IMG/VR virus record: IMGVR_UViG_3300012948_000388 | Span: 1-47,577 of that record | DNA length: 47,577 nucleotides | Reading direction: 5' to 3' (one strand) | Source: a virus | Taxonomy: Duplodnaviria; Caudoviricetes | Part shown: in pieces, positions 1-8,785 of the stretch | How the letters are laid out: each line of letters begins with the position of its first letter | How positions within the stretch are numbered: the first letter of the stretch is position 1 | Notes under the pieces: model-generated | Databases searched by the model: none | Told to the model about the DNA's origin: nothing | What the model saw: only the letters and a program-made list of their open reading frames with translations | Position numbers and translations under genes: made by a program

Positions 1-2
1 CG

Positions 3-341
3 GCCGCCGAGCCTGGACGCTGGCCCGGCCACCTCGTCGCCGTCGTCCGTGGCGGCCGCCGCCCCCTGATCGTCGACCCGACGCTCGCGCAGGTCAACCG
101 GCCGCGGCACGGCATCGTCCTCGCCGCCGGCGTCGTCCCCGTCCCCTCGCTCGCCGCCTGGCGCGCGGGCGCGACGGCGGTGGCGGCCGAGCGGGCCGGC
201 TGCCTGCTCGTCTACCAGGCCGACGAGCGCGAGGACTACCGCGACGAGCGCGACTGGTCGGCGCCCACCCGCGCGCTCCTGCGCGACGCCGAGTGGCGCC
301 GGCGCTTCGACGCGTCGCGCCAAAAAGGTTGCATCCCGTAG
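3..341 (+). CDS. Partial (5'-truncated) protein with a transglutaminase/papain-like H..D motif
   Basis: Frame 3 is open from the window start to TAG 339-341: ...WPGHLVAVV...LIVDPTLAQ...; GC3-rich codons. Confidence 0.5.
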   Translation, partial: AAEPGRWPGHLVAVVRGGRRPLIVDPTLAQVNRPRHGIVLAAGVVPVPSLAAWRAGATAVAAERAGCLLVYQADEREDYRDERDWSAPTRALLRDAEWRRRFDASRQKGCIP

Positions 342-370
342 CGCTACGGACTACAATGAAGCCAGCACCA
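313..370 (+). promoter_or_regulatory. Repeated early promoter/operator, copy 1
   Basis: TTGCAT 329-334, N17 containing CCGTAGCGCTACGG, TACAAT 352-357, GCACCA 365-370. Confidence 0.9.
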
Positions 371-397
371 CTCAGTCCACAGGAGGACTCTTCAGCG

Positions 398-805
398 ATG
401 CACGACCCGATCAAGCTCCCCGTCGGTCACCCGCTCGTCAAGCGACTGCTGCGGGCGACGTTCCCCGACTACCGGGGGCGGCGGATCTACCTGCGGGCGG
501 CGACCCACCCGGTCGACGTCCGCTCCTACTGGGACGAGGGCAGCCGCAGCTACTTCGTGGCCGTCGACCTGCGCACGATGCGCGTGGTCGCGGTCCCGCA
601 GAACGGGACGCCCTGGGACGGCGGCCCGATCGCGCCCACGGGCGTCGTCGTCGGCCCCGGCGCCGCGATCGTCGAGCGCGCCCACCGGGGGACGTGGGAG
701 GCGATCTACGTCCACGTCGCGCCCCAGACGGCGCTGCCGGCCTCGCTCGCCCAGGCGGCCGGCCTGATGAGCTGGCCACCCGTGGCGTCCGGGGGTGCGG
801 CGTGA
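398..805 (+). CDS. Hypothetical phage protein
   Basis: AGGAGG upstream of ATG 398, first gene after promoter copy 1. Confidence 0.8.
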   Translation: MHDPIKLPVGHPLVKRLLRATFPDYRGRRIYLRAATHPVDVRSYWDEGSRSYFVAVDLRTMRVVAVPQNGTPWDGGPIAPTGVVVGPGAAIVERAHRGTWEAIYVHVAPQTALPASLAQAAGLMSWPPVASGGAA

Positions 806-1059
806 GCGCCCCGCGCGCGCCGGCGGCGCTTCCGCCGGCCGGGACGCCCTTCCCGCTGCGCCCGTCGCAGGAGCGCGTGCTCGAGCTGGTCGCGCGCGGC
901 CTCTCCGACCGCGAGATCGCGCGTCAGCTCGGCCTCAGTCACCGCACGGTGCGCACGCACCTCGACGACGTCTACGACGCGACCGGCGAGCGCGGGCGCG
1001 CCCGCTGCGCCGTGCTCTGGGCGCTCGCGCACGCCGGCGATCGGGGGGAGGAGCGATGA
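802..1059 (+). CDS. LuxR-type HTH DNA-binding protein (stand-alone)
   Basis: LRPSQERVLELVARGLSDREIARQLGLSHRTVRTHL; GTGA overlap with the upstream gene. Confidence 0.88.
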   Translation: MSAPRAPAALPPAGTPFPLRPSQERVLELVARGLSDREIARQLGLSHRTVRTHLDDVYDATGERGRARCAVLWALAHAGDRGEER

Positions 1060-1730
1060 GCTACCGCCTGGAGATGTGGGACCTGCGCCAGCCCGCCCCG
1101 CGCGATCCGATCTGCCTCGGCCTGCGCTTCCCGACCGCCGCCGTCGCGCGGACGCTGGCGCTCGTCTCGGCCCGCGCCTGCGTCGCGGCCGGCGACGGCG
1201 TCGCGCTACTCGGCGCCGACGGCGGCGCGACGCGCGATCTCTCCGTGGTCGACGCCGACGGCGCGACCGTGCTGCTGTACCGCGTGACGCCCAACGATCC
1301 GCCCGAGCCGCCGACGCGCCCGCTGCCCGGCGGCGGGATCGCGATCAGCGCGTTCGACCTGCTGCGCCACGCGACGCGCCTGGAGGGGGAGATGAGCGTC
1401 CCTGATCCGATCCACGCGCTCGCGATCCACCTGCGCGGCGACCCCGACCGGCCGATCACGTTCGAGGCCGACGAGGCGCGCGCGCTCCTGCACGCCGCCG
1501 TCGCCGGCGCGAGCCCGCGCGAGCGGGTGCGCGACGCCGAGCTGATCGAGGAGCTGGCCGCCGCCCTCGGCGTGCTGCTGTACGCCGCCAGCAACGAGGC
1601 CGGGATCGACCCGCAGGCGTGGCGCCAGGCCAACCGCGCGCTGCGCCACGCCGGCCGGCCGATCATCCACCCGCCCGAGGACCACGCGGCGAGCTGGCTC
1701 GCCACGCGACAGGAGATCGACAACCGATGA
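1056..1730 (+). CDS. Hypothetical protein (possible second start at ATG 1392)
   Basis: GGAGGAG RBS, ATGA overlaps at both ends. Confidence 0.7.
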   Translation: MSYRLEMWDLRQPAPRDPICLGLRFPTAAVARTLALVSARACVAAGDGVALLGADGGATRDLSVVDADGATVLLYRVTPNDPPEPPTRPLPGGGIAISAFDLLRHATRLEGEMSVPDPIHALAIHLRGDPDRPITFEADEARALLHAAVAGASPRERVRDAELIEELAAALGVLLYAASNEAGIDPQAWRQANRALRHAGRPIIHPPEDHAASWLATRQEIDNR

Positions 1731-1894
1731 GCAAGCACCAGCCCAAGACGTGGGTCTGTCCGACATGCGGCCAGCGCTTCACCTACGGGAGCGAGGCGAT
1801 CCGCCTGATCACACCCGCCGCCCATCTAGCGACCAACTGCCCCGGCGTCGGGACGCGCGAGATCGAGTCGCGACCGATCAGTGACGACCGATGA
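1727..1894 (+). CDS. Small Zn-finger protein
   Basis: WVCPTCGQRF...H...C; ATGA coupling. Confidence 0.65.
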   Translation: MSKHQPKTWVCPTCGQRFTYGSEAIRLITPAAHLATNCPGVGTREIESRPISDDR

Positions 1895-2106
1895 CCCGAT
1901 CCCAAGCGAACGAGATCCTCCACCTGATGGACGCCTGGGGCGAGGCGACCCGCGCCGCCGCCGGCAGCCGCGCCCACGCGGCGCACGCCTCGCCCGACGG
2001 CTCCGAGCGCGCGCTGCGCGACCGGCTGGCGGCCGAGAGCGAGCGCAACGAGGAGACGCTGCGCGTCCGCCTGCTCGCGCTCGTCGAGGGGATGATCGAC
2101 CGATGA
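1891..2106 (+). CDS. Hypothetical helical protein
   Basis: ATGA overlaps at both ends. Confidence 0.7.
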   Translation: MTRSQANEILHLMDAWGEATRAAAGSRAHAAHASPDGSERALRDRLAAESERNEETLRVRLLALVEGMIDR

Positions 2107-2975
2107 CGACGCGACGACGACGACGCGCGGGCCTGCGCCTGCTGTCCGTCGACTGGGACGCCTTTTTCCCCGGCGCCGCGACCGCCCCGCGCGAGCAGTT
2201 CCTGCTCTACGACTGGTCGATGAAGGAGACGCCCTTCTTCCTGAACGACGTCTGGACTGTTCGCGCGACGTCCTTCCTGATGGGCGGCTTGCCGCTGCCG
2301 ACGACCTCGGGCGACGAGACCGGCTTCTGGTCGCGCGTCCCGCTCGCGCCGAACGCGACGCTCGCGGTCGCCGAGTCGCACGCCTCGCTGGCGTCGGAGG
2401 CGCTGGTCGACGGCGTCGCCGAGGTCGTCAGCGTCGACGCGCACCACGACTGCGGCTACCGCGCCGAGACGGCGCTGCGCGACGCGGTCGCCGGGCGCTG
2501 GGCCTGCGACACCTGGGGGATGCTCTACCAGCTGCGCGGCGCGGCCGTCGACGTGCGCTACCCACCCTGGATGGCCGAGGAGGGCCGACCGCCCGGCGAC
2601 CGCGAGGCCGATCCGGTGATCGACACGTGGCTGACGCGCACGATCGACGCCGGCGGTCCGATCGACGGCCGGCCGTTCGATCGGGTCTTCGTCTGCCGCT
2701 CGGGCTGCTGGGTGCCGCCCTGGTGCGACGACGCCTTCGCGCGCTTCGTCGACGCCTGCCCGGTCCCGGCCGAGCGGCGCACCGTTCTCGCGCCGGGCAC
2801 CTGGCCGGCGCCGACACCGCGCGCGTTCGCGCTCGCCGAGGCCGAGGAGCGCGCCGAGCTGTTCCGGCAGCTGCAGGATCCCGACTCGGCCTTCAACCGC
2901 GTCCGGCGCGTCCATCAGGAGCAGGGCTGGGACGCGGCGCGGTCGCTCGCGGCCGACCTGGAGGGCGGGCAATGA
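2103..2975 (+). CDS. UPF0489/arginase-like fold metallohydrolase
   Basis: LLSVDWDAFF, ESH, VDAHHD and FVCRSGCWVPPWCD motifs. Confidence 0.6.
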   Translation: MTTRRRRRAGLRLLSVDWDAFFPGAATAPREQFLLYDWSMKETPFFLNDVWTVRATSFLMGGLPLPTTSGDETGFWSRVPLAPNATLAVAESHASLASEALVDGVAEVVSVDAHHDCGYRAETALRDAVAGRWACDTWGMLYQLRGAAVDVRYPPWMAEEGRPPGDREADPVIDTWLTRTIDAGGPIDGRPFDRVFVCRSGCWVPPWCDDAFARFVDACPVPAERRTVLAPGTWPAPTPRAFALAEAEERAELFRQLQDPDSAFNRVRRVHQEQGWDAARSLAADLEGGQ

Positions 2976-3343
2976 GCGAGCCGTCCCCTGCGGGGGGCCA
3001 ACTGAACCCCTCACGCGCCGCCGGGGGCGGAGCGATGACATCCGCGACGCGAAAGCTCTCCGTGCTCGCCCGGCGTGCGCGTGGCGCCGACGTGCGGGTG
3101 AACGAGATGGCCGAGCGCGCGCGCAACCTCCGCGAGACGCTGCTCCAGCTCGAGCAGGAGACCGGCCTCGACCTGAGCGCGGCCGTCGCCGCGCTGCGCG
3201 CGGTCGCGGAGCCGCTCAGCCAGGCCTGCTCGCTGCTGCTCGACGCGGCCGAGGCGATCGAGGCGGCCGGCGACCTGCCGCCGCAGCACCACTGGCGCGC
3301 CGACCGGACGCTCCCGGCCTGGCGGGACGGAGGAGAGCGATGA
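2972..3343 (+). CDS. Hypothetical coiled-coil protein (alternative start 3035)
   Basis: ATGA overlap, GC3 bias. Confidence 0.6.
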   Translation: MSEPSPAGGQLNPSRAAGGGAMTSATRKLSVLARRARGADVRVNEMAERARNLRETLLQLEQETGLDLSAAVAALRAVAEPLSQACSLLLDAAEAIEAAGDLPPQHHWRADRTLPAWRDGGER

Positions 3344-3380
3344 CGACGACGACGGCGCACGCGCCGCCGGGGGCCGAGCG

Positions 3381-3611
3381 ATGAGCGGGTACGTCACCCT
3401 GCACGCCGACTGCATCCTCTGCCGCCGGCCGTTCACCGCGAATCCGCTGCGCGTCCCGAGCGTGCGCGTTCGCGGCGTTCGCGAGCCCGTCTGCCGCTCG
3501 TGCGTCGAGCTGGTCAACGCCGCGCGCGCCGCGCGCGGGCTCTCGACGTGGCCGATCTACCCGGACAGCTACGAGCCGTGTCCGGAGGAGGAGCTACCCG
3601 ATGACGACTGA
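3381..3611 (+). CDS. Zn-finger protein
   Basis: CILC...CRSC pairs, acidic tail. Confidence 0.75.
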   Translation: MSGYVTLHADCILCRRPFTANPLRVPSVRVRGVREPVCRSCVELVNAARAARGLSTWPIYPDSYEPCPEEELPDDD

Positions 3612-3843
3612 GCGCTGCCGGCGCTGCCGGGGACCGCTCCTGCCGGTCGCGGAGGGGCTGTCCTGCCTGCTCTGCGGCCACGTCATCTACGGTGATCTGC
3701 CGCTCGTCGGACCGATCGCGTCGCCGCGTCCGATGCTCGTTACGCGCGGCCAGCGGCGCTGGTCGATCGCCGAGCGGAACGCCGGCCGGCAGCGCCACAC
3801 CCACGGCGGCCCGCTCGCCGAGCTGGACGGAGGCGATCAGTGA
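3601..3843 (+). CDS. Zn-ribbon protein
   Basis: CRRCRG...CLLCGH. Confidence 0.7.
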   Translation: MTTERCRRCRGPLLPVAEGLSCLLCGHVIYGDLPLVGPIASPRPMLVTRGQRRWSIAERNAGRQRHTHGGPLAELDGGDQ

Positions 3844-4655
3844 CGACGACGGCGCCGCTGCGGCCAGCTGGCCGCGTCGCCGCGCTGCTACGGCTCGTCG
3901 ACCGCGCGATCGAGGACGAGATCTCGCGCCTGGCCGCGCGCACCGGGCCGGGCGAGGAGTTGGCCTGCACGCGCGGGTGCGCGGCGTGCTGCACGTTCGC
4001 GGTCGGGACGACGACGCCCGAGGCGGTCCGCGTCGCCGACGCGGTCGAGCGGCTGCCGCGCGCCGTCAAGCGCGCGACGCTCGAGCGGCTGGCGGCCTGG
4101 GAGCGCGAGTGGCGCGTCTTCGAGACGGGCGCGGGCGATCAGCTCGCGGTCGCGTCGGCCGGCGGACACGACGCGCTCGTCGCGCGCGACACGCGCTGGA
4201 ACGCGCGGCGCAAGGCCTGCCCGTTCCTCGACCTGACGACCCACGTCTGCCGGGTCTACGACGCGCGGCCGACGGCGTGCCGGGCGCACCACGCCTGCCG
4301 CGTTCCGCCGGCCGTGATGGCGTTGGGCGTCGATCCGCGTGGCCGCGCGATCCGGCAGCCCGGCGACGGCTGCTTCACGACGGCCGAGGACGCGGCGCTC
4401 GGTCAGCCGCCTGGCGTCTGGCAGCTACGATCCGACCTGATGGACGCGAGCGGCGAGGCGCTGACGCGCGGCTACGCGGCGCTCGGCACGGTCTGGGCGC
4501 CCTGCGTCCTGCCGGTCGGCGTCGCCGCCGCCGGCCGCCGGCGCCACGGCTGGACGACGCCGACGACCCCCGCGTCGCGGGCGCCGGTCCCGACGCTGCG
4601 CGCGAGCTTCCCGCGCGGCGGCCGCCGCCGCGCGCAGGAGGCGCCGCGCCCCTGA
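3840..4655 (+). CDS. YkgJ-family (CxxCxxCC) cysteine-cluster protein
   Basis: CTRGCAACC...CPFLD...CRVYDARPTACR. Confidence 0.85.
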   Translation: MTTTAPLRPAGRVAALLRLVDRAIEDEISRLAARTGPGEELACTRGCAACCTFAVGTTTPEAVRVADAVERLPRAVKRATLERLAAWEREWRVFETGAGDQLAVASAGGHDALVARDTRWNARRKACPFLDLTTHVCRVYDARPTACRAHHACRVPPAVMALGVDPRGRAIRQPGDGCFTTAEDAALGQPPGVWQLRSDLMDASGEALTRGYAALGTVWAPCVLPVGVAAAGRRRHGWTTPTTPASRAPVPTLRASFPRGGRRRAQEAPRP

Positions 4656-4709
4656 CGCGCACCGCCCCGCGCGCATCCGCGAAAGCACCACTCGGGTAAG
4701 GAGAGACCA

Positions 4710-5189
4710 ATGGACACCGTCGCGTCGACCCGCCTGCCGGACGAGACCGAGCTGGCGAACGAGTCGTTCATCTTCAGCATCGCGCAGTTCTTCGCCTCGA
4801 CCCGGCTGCGGCTCACGAACCGCCGCCTGCTGACCCGCAAGCCGAGCCTCCTGCTCGGCCTGCTCCCGGTCGGCTCGGACCAGACCAGCCTGCCGCTCCG
4901 CAACATCGCCGGCGTCGGGACGTCCTTCCGCTTCGGCGTGATCAAGGTGCCGCTCGGCCTCTTCCTCGTCCTGGCCGGCGTGCTCGGCCTCGCGAGCCGC
5001 GAGACGTTCGTCGCCGGGCTGGCGATGGCGTTCGTCGGCCTGCTCTTCTTCTCGGCCGGCATGGCGACCCGCATCTGGATCGAGAACACCGCCGGCCGCC
5101 GGGTCGAGCTGCCGATCGTCTTCTGGGAGCGCGGGCGCGCCCAGGCGCTGGCCGAGCGCGTCAACGGCGCGATCGGCGCGCTCGACTAA
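4710..5189 (+). CDS. Membrane protein with a bacterial PH-like domain
   Basis: LRLTNRRL beta motif, two hydrophobic helices, strong RBS AAGGAGAG. Confidence 0.7.
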   Translation: MDTVASTRLPDETELANESFIFSIAQFFASTRLRLTNRRLLTRKPSLLLGLLPVGSDQTSLPLRNIAGVGTSFRFGVIKVPLGLFLVLAGVLGLASRETFVAGLAMAFVGLLFFSAGMATRIWIENTAGRRVELPIVFWERGRAQALAERVNGAIGALD

Positions 5190-5218
5190 CCACCGCGACG
5201 CGCGACTCTCCGCGACCA

Positions 5219-5277
5219 CGTAGCGCTGGAAATGCTTGCATTCCGTAGCGCTACGTGGTACAATGGTGCAAGCACCA
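5219..5277 (+). promoter_or_regulatory. Repeated early promoter/operator, copy 2
   Basis: TTGCAT 5236-5241, N17 with CGTAGCGCTACG, TACAAT 5259-5264, GCACCA 5272. Confidence 0.92.
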
Positions 5278-5302
5278 CACGAGAACGCAGGAGAGTCACA
5301 CG

Positions 5303-6001
5303 ATGGCCAGCACGTACCCCGCGACCGACAAGCAGATGGCGTTTCTGGCGCGGCTCGGCTACGCGCGCACGACGGACGTTCGGCCGACCAGCCGCGCGGC
5401 AAGCGAGCTGATCGACCTGGCGCTGGCGATGTCGATGGACGTCGCGCCCGCCGCGTTGCCCGTCTCGCGCGCGATGACCGAGTGGGAGACGGGACAGGAG
5501 CGCGCGTGGACGCGGGCCGACCTCGACCTGTTCGAGCGTCTGCAGGAGCGCGCGAGCCTCGACTGCTGCTGCGAAGATTACGACGGCGAGACGTGCTGCC
5601 CGCCCTGCCGGGCGCGGGCGCAGCTCGTCGACGAGGCGCGGCGCGGTTCCGTCGTCGCCGCCCCGGTCGCCGCGCGCGTCACCGAGCCGGGGATGTACCG
5701 GGTCGGCGAGCGGATCCTCAAGGTCCAGCGCGCCAAGCTCTCGGGCAACCTCTACGCGAAGGAGCTGAGCCCGATCGGCGGGCGGCGGCTGACCGAGACC
5801 GACGAGGTCGTCGGCTTCGAGTTCGTCTACGCGCCCGGCGCGCTGGCCGAGCTGAGCGCCGCCGACAAGCTGACGCTCGAGGAGGCGAAGGCCTTCGGCA
5901 TCCAGACGGGTGTCTGTTGTGTCTGCGGTACGCCCTTGAAAGACGCCGTCAGCGTCGCGAGCGGAATCGGACCCATCTGCGCGAAGCGGATGGCGGCCTA
6001 G
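5303..6001 (+). CDS. DUF6011-like Zn-binding protein
   Basis: C-terminal CCVCGTPLKDAVSVASGIGPICAK. Confidence 0.75.
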   Translation: MASTYPATDKQMAFLARLGYARTTDVRPTSRAASELIDLALAMSMDVAPAALPVSRAMTEWETGQERAWTRADLDLFERLQERASLDCCCEDYDGETCCPPCRARAQLVDEARRGSVVAAPVAARVTEPGMYRVGERILKVQRAKLSGNLYAKELSPIGGRRLTETDEVVGFEFVYAPGALAELSAADKLTLEEAKAFGIQTGVCCVCGTPLKDAVSVASGIGPICAKRMAA

Positions 6002-6012
6002 GAGGAGGAGCG

Positions 6013-6582
6013 ATGACGACGAGCCGACCGAGCGATCCGCCGACGCTCGACGAGATGCTCGAGCTGGCCGAGCGCGTGATCGCCGCGCGCGTCGGCGAGG
6101 TCGACCGCCTGCTGCCGGCCGCCTACGTCTACAGCCGGCTGCGCGGCGTCCAGGTGATCGGCTTCGCCGCGCACGAGGGACCGCAGCACGCCGCCGCGCT
6201 GCGCCGCGCCTGCCGCGACGCGCGCGCCGAGCTGGTCGTCACCTGGGCCGAGACGTGGTGGGCGAAGCCGCTGCACGAGCGCGACCCGCGCCTGGCGCGC
6301 ATCCTGCGCGGCGAGCTGCGGGTGCGCGACCTGCCGCCCGCCGACCGCGAGGACGGCGCGCTCGTCTACGCCGAGTCGGTCGCGCGCCTGCGCGCCGTGC
6401 GCCTCTACACGGTCGCGACGACCGACGGCCGCCGCCGCCTCGTCCCCGACCCGCGCGGCACGCTGCGCGTCAAGGGCAGCGAGCCGCCGCCGCCCGACTG
6501 GTTCCGCATCCACTTCTACCCGCTGCTCCCGTCGAACGCGCTCGCCGAGGCGGCGATGGCGCGGCTGGGCGGCGGCCGGTGA
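6013..6582 (+). CDS. Hypothetical protein
   Basis: GGAGGAGGAG RBS before ATG 6013. Confidence 0.8.
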   Translation: MTTSRPSDPPTLDEMLELAERVIAARVGEVDRLLPAAYVYSRLRGVQVIGFAAHEGPQHAAALRRACRDARAELVVTWAETWWAKPLHERDPRLARILRGELRVRDLPPADREDGALVYAESVARLRAVRLYTVATTDGRRRLVPDPRGTLRVKGSEPPPPDWFRIHFYPLLPSNALAEAAMARLGGGR

Positions 6583-6962
6583 GCGGCGTCGAGCGCTCGA
6601 CGCCGCCGCCGCCGCGCGTCCTGGTCACCGGCGCCCGCGACTGGCGCGACGCCGCCGCGATCCGGCGCGCGCTGTCGGCGCTCCCGCCCGGCTCGACCGT
6701 GATCACGGGCGCGGCCTCGGGCGCGGACCGGCTGGCGGCGCTGGTCGCGGCCGACCTGGGCCTCGGCGTCGAGGAGTACCCGGCGGACTGGCGCCGCTAC
6801 GGCCGCGCCGCCGGGCCGATCCGCAATCAGTGGATGCTCGACCACGCGCGGCCCGACCGCGTGATCGCCTTCCACGCCGACCTCGCCCGCTCGCGCGGCA
6901 CCGCCGACATGCTGCGCCGCGCGCGCCGCGCCGGCCTGCCCGTCACACTCGTAGCGCGGTAA
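6579..6962 (+). CDS. SLOG-family protein (DUF2493/YspA-like)
   Basis: RVLVTGARDW, GAASGAD, ADWRRYGRAAGPIRNQWM, SRGTADM. Confidence 0.88.
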   Translation: MSGVERSTPPPPRVLVTGARDWRDAAAIRRALSALPPGSTVITGAASGADRLAALVAADLGLGVEEYPADWRRYGRAAGPIRNQWMLDHARPDRVIAFHADLARSRGTADMLRRARRAGLPVTLVAR

Positions 6963-7008
6963 TGGTTGCATTCGGTAGCGCTACGTGGTACACTAGAGCC
7001 ATGCACCA
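6950..7008 (+). promoter_or_regulatory. Repeated early promoter/operator, copy 3
   Basis: TTGCAT 6966-6971, N17 with GTAGCGCTAC, TACACT 6989-6994, GCACCA 7003. Confidence 0.9.
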
Positions 7009-7051
7009 CGAACCGACCGGCGCCAACGGCCGGCGGGACAGGAGAGACTGG

Positions 7052-7309
7052 ATGCAGGAGCGGCAACTGATGGTGGCGGCGATCGCGTACCGCGCGGCCG
7101 TCACGGCGTGCGCCGCCGAGCTGACCGACTCGTCGCCGACGGTCGAGGCGGCGCGCGCCGTCCTGATCGACGCGACGAGCGACTACGCGGCGGCGGCCGG
7201 GCTGCGCTACGTCGACGCGCTGCGCGCCGTGCGCGCGGCGGCGGGCTACGGCGCCGCGCCCGTCACGCCGGCGACCTACGCCGACGGCGCCGATCGGATC
7301 GGCCGATGA
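7052..7309 (+). CDS. Hypothetical protein
   Basis: AGGAGAG RBS, first gene after promoter copy 3. Confidence 0.7.
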   Translation: MQERQLMVAAIAYRAAVTACAAELTDSSPTVEAARAVLIDATSDYAAAAGLRYVDALRAVRAAAGYGAAPVTPATYADGADRIGR

Positions 7310-7524
7310 GCGCGCGACCCCGGCGCGTCGTGCGCCTGACGATGTCCGAGGCGACGGTGATCGACGCCGCGCTGAACGCCTGGATCGGCCACCTGGAGGC
7401 CGGCGGCCGGGACGCCGACGACGACGAGGCGGTCCAGCTGGCGAACGCCCAGGCGGCGCGCCGGCTGATCGTCGCCGCGATCGTGCGCGCGCTGCCCATG
7501 CCGGGCGAGGCGGCGGCGCGATGA
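7306..7524 (+). CDS. Hypothetical protein
   Basis: ATGA overlaps. Confidence 0.7.
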   Translation: MSARPRRVVRLTMSEATVIDAALNAWIGHLEAGGRDADDDEAVQLANAQAARRLIVAAIVRALPMPGEAAAR

Positions 7525-7880
7525 GCGTGCGCTGCGTCGTCGTGCCGCCCGGCGAGGGGGCGCGCGAGATGACCGTCGCCGGTGAGCTGGCCGACTACCA
7601 GGACCTGGTGGGCGGCTACATCGCGACGCTGCCCTACCCCGGCGGCCTGGTCTGCGTCTACAACGACGAGGGGCTGCTCGACGACCTGCCGCGCAACCGG
7701 CGCGTCCCCGAGACGGGCGCGCTCACGGTCGACGGCTACCTGCGCGGGCCGCTCGTGTTCGTGCGCTCCGACCGCGCGGGCGAGTTCGTCTCGCTCGACG
7801 ACGACGACGTCGCGCGGCTGCTCTGGCGCTTCCGCGACCCGACCGACGACCCGGTCAGGCCGATCGTGCGGTGGGCGTGA
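7521..7880 (+). CDS. DUF3846-like protein
   Basis: LADYQDLVGGYI...YNDEGLLDDLPRNR...LRGPLVF. Confidence 0.8.
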   Translation: MSVRCVVVPPGEGAREMTVAGELADYQDLVGGYIATLPYPGGLVCVYNDEGLLDDLPRNRRVPETGALTVDGYLRGPLVFVRSDRAGEFVSLDDDDVARLLWRFRDPTDDPVRPIVRWA

Positions 7881-8116
7881 TGGGGCTCGGACACGCCTGC
7901 TCGCGCGCGCAGCTCGAGACGCTGCTGCGCGTCTGTGGCTGCGACACCGACCCCGACGGCCGCTTCGTCGTCGGCGGCACGATCGTCTCGTTCATGGGCG
8001 CCGGCGAGGAGTTCGTGGTCGGCGCCGACGCCGTCTTCTACCGCGCGGGGCGGCCCGTCTCGCTCGCGGTCGCGCTGCGCGGGACGTCCTACGGCCACGC
8101 CGTGGAGGTGATCTGA
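7877..8116 (+). CDS. Hypothetical protein
   Basis: GTGA overlap, GC3 bias. Confidence 0.65.
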   Translation: MMGLGHACSRAQLETLLRVCGCDTDPDGRFVVGGTIVSFMGAGEEFVVGADAVFYRAGRPVSLAVALRGTSYGHAVEVI

Positions 8117-8517
8117 TGCCGGCTCCCCGACCACTGACCGTGGCAGGGAGTCGCGCCGCCGCCGCCGCGACCGCGCGCGCGAACGGCCACGCCTTCGGCG
8201 GCGAGCCGATCTGGGACGCGGACCAGCTGGGCGCGCGGACCGCCTGCGCGCGCTGCGGCGCCGGTCTGTACGTCTACGACGACGCGCGCGACCCGCGCCC
8301 GCACGGGCCGGCGCTGCGCCGGACGTGCGGCGGGATCCTGCGCGAGCGCTACCAGCGCGCGGCCGAGCAGCTGGTGCGCTCGGCGCAGGATCTGGTCGCG
8401 CTCGAGCGGCTCGCGTCCGACGCGCCGATCGACGAGATCGAGCGCCAGCTCGACCGCGTGACGCGCGACCACACCGACCTCTGCGCGGCGGTCAGCCGGC
8501 TCGCGGGCGCGCCGTGA
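8116..8517 (+). CDS. Hypothetical protein with H/CxxC/C metal motif
   Basis: GGAGG RBS, TGATG coupling, CARCG. Confidence 0.7.
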   Translation: MPAPRPLTVAGSRAAAAATARANGHAFGGEPIWDADQLGARTACARCGAGLYVYDDARDPRPHGPALRRTCGGILRERYQRAAEQLVRSAQDLVALERLASDAPIDEIERQLDRVTRDHTDLCAAVSRLAGAP

Positions 8518-8550
8518 CACCCGAACAAACGAGCGAGCGAGCGTCGTTTA

Positions 8551-8568
8551 TGGTAAAGTCAACCCGTG
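8551..8568 (+). promoter_or_regulatory. Putative extended -10 promoter for a leaderless transcript
   Basis: TGgTAAAGT 8551-8559, 6 nt, GTG 8566. Confidence 0.5.
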
Positions 8569-8769
8569 ACACCACGAGATCGCGAGCCCGTCATGCTAGC
8601 CGCTGCGCGTCCCCAGCCGGCGCCACCGCGACCGCCGACCCGCTGCGCCGCCTGCGGCGCGGCGATCGGGGCGGGGGCGACGTTCTGCGGCGGGCGGTTC
8701 TTCTGCGACTTCGGCTGCCTCGAGCGCTACCGCGACGCGCTCGCGCGCGGGGCGTCGGACCCGACCTGA
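8566..8769 (+). CDS. Treble-clef (TRASH/FCS-like) Zn-finger protein
   Basis: CAACG...FFCDFGCL. Confidence 0.65.
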   Translation: MTPRDREPVMLAAARPQPAPPRPPTRCAACGAAIGAGATFCGGRFFCDFGCLERYRDALARGASDPT

Positions 8770-8785
8770 GAGGAGAGACCCAGCG

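Noticed and set aside
293-397. Upstream ORF extensions sharing 'LHSVALRGTM'-like peptides (also at 5236, 10293, 11768, 12577)
   Set aside because: These are translations of the repeated promoter DNA; the true starts lie downstream after RBSs
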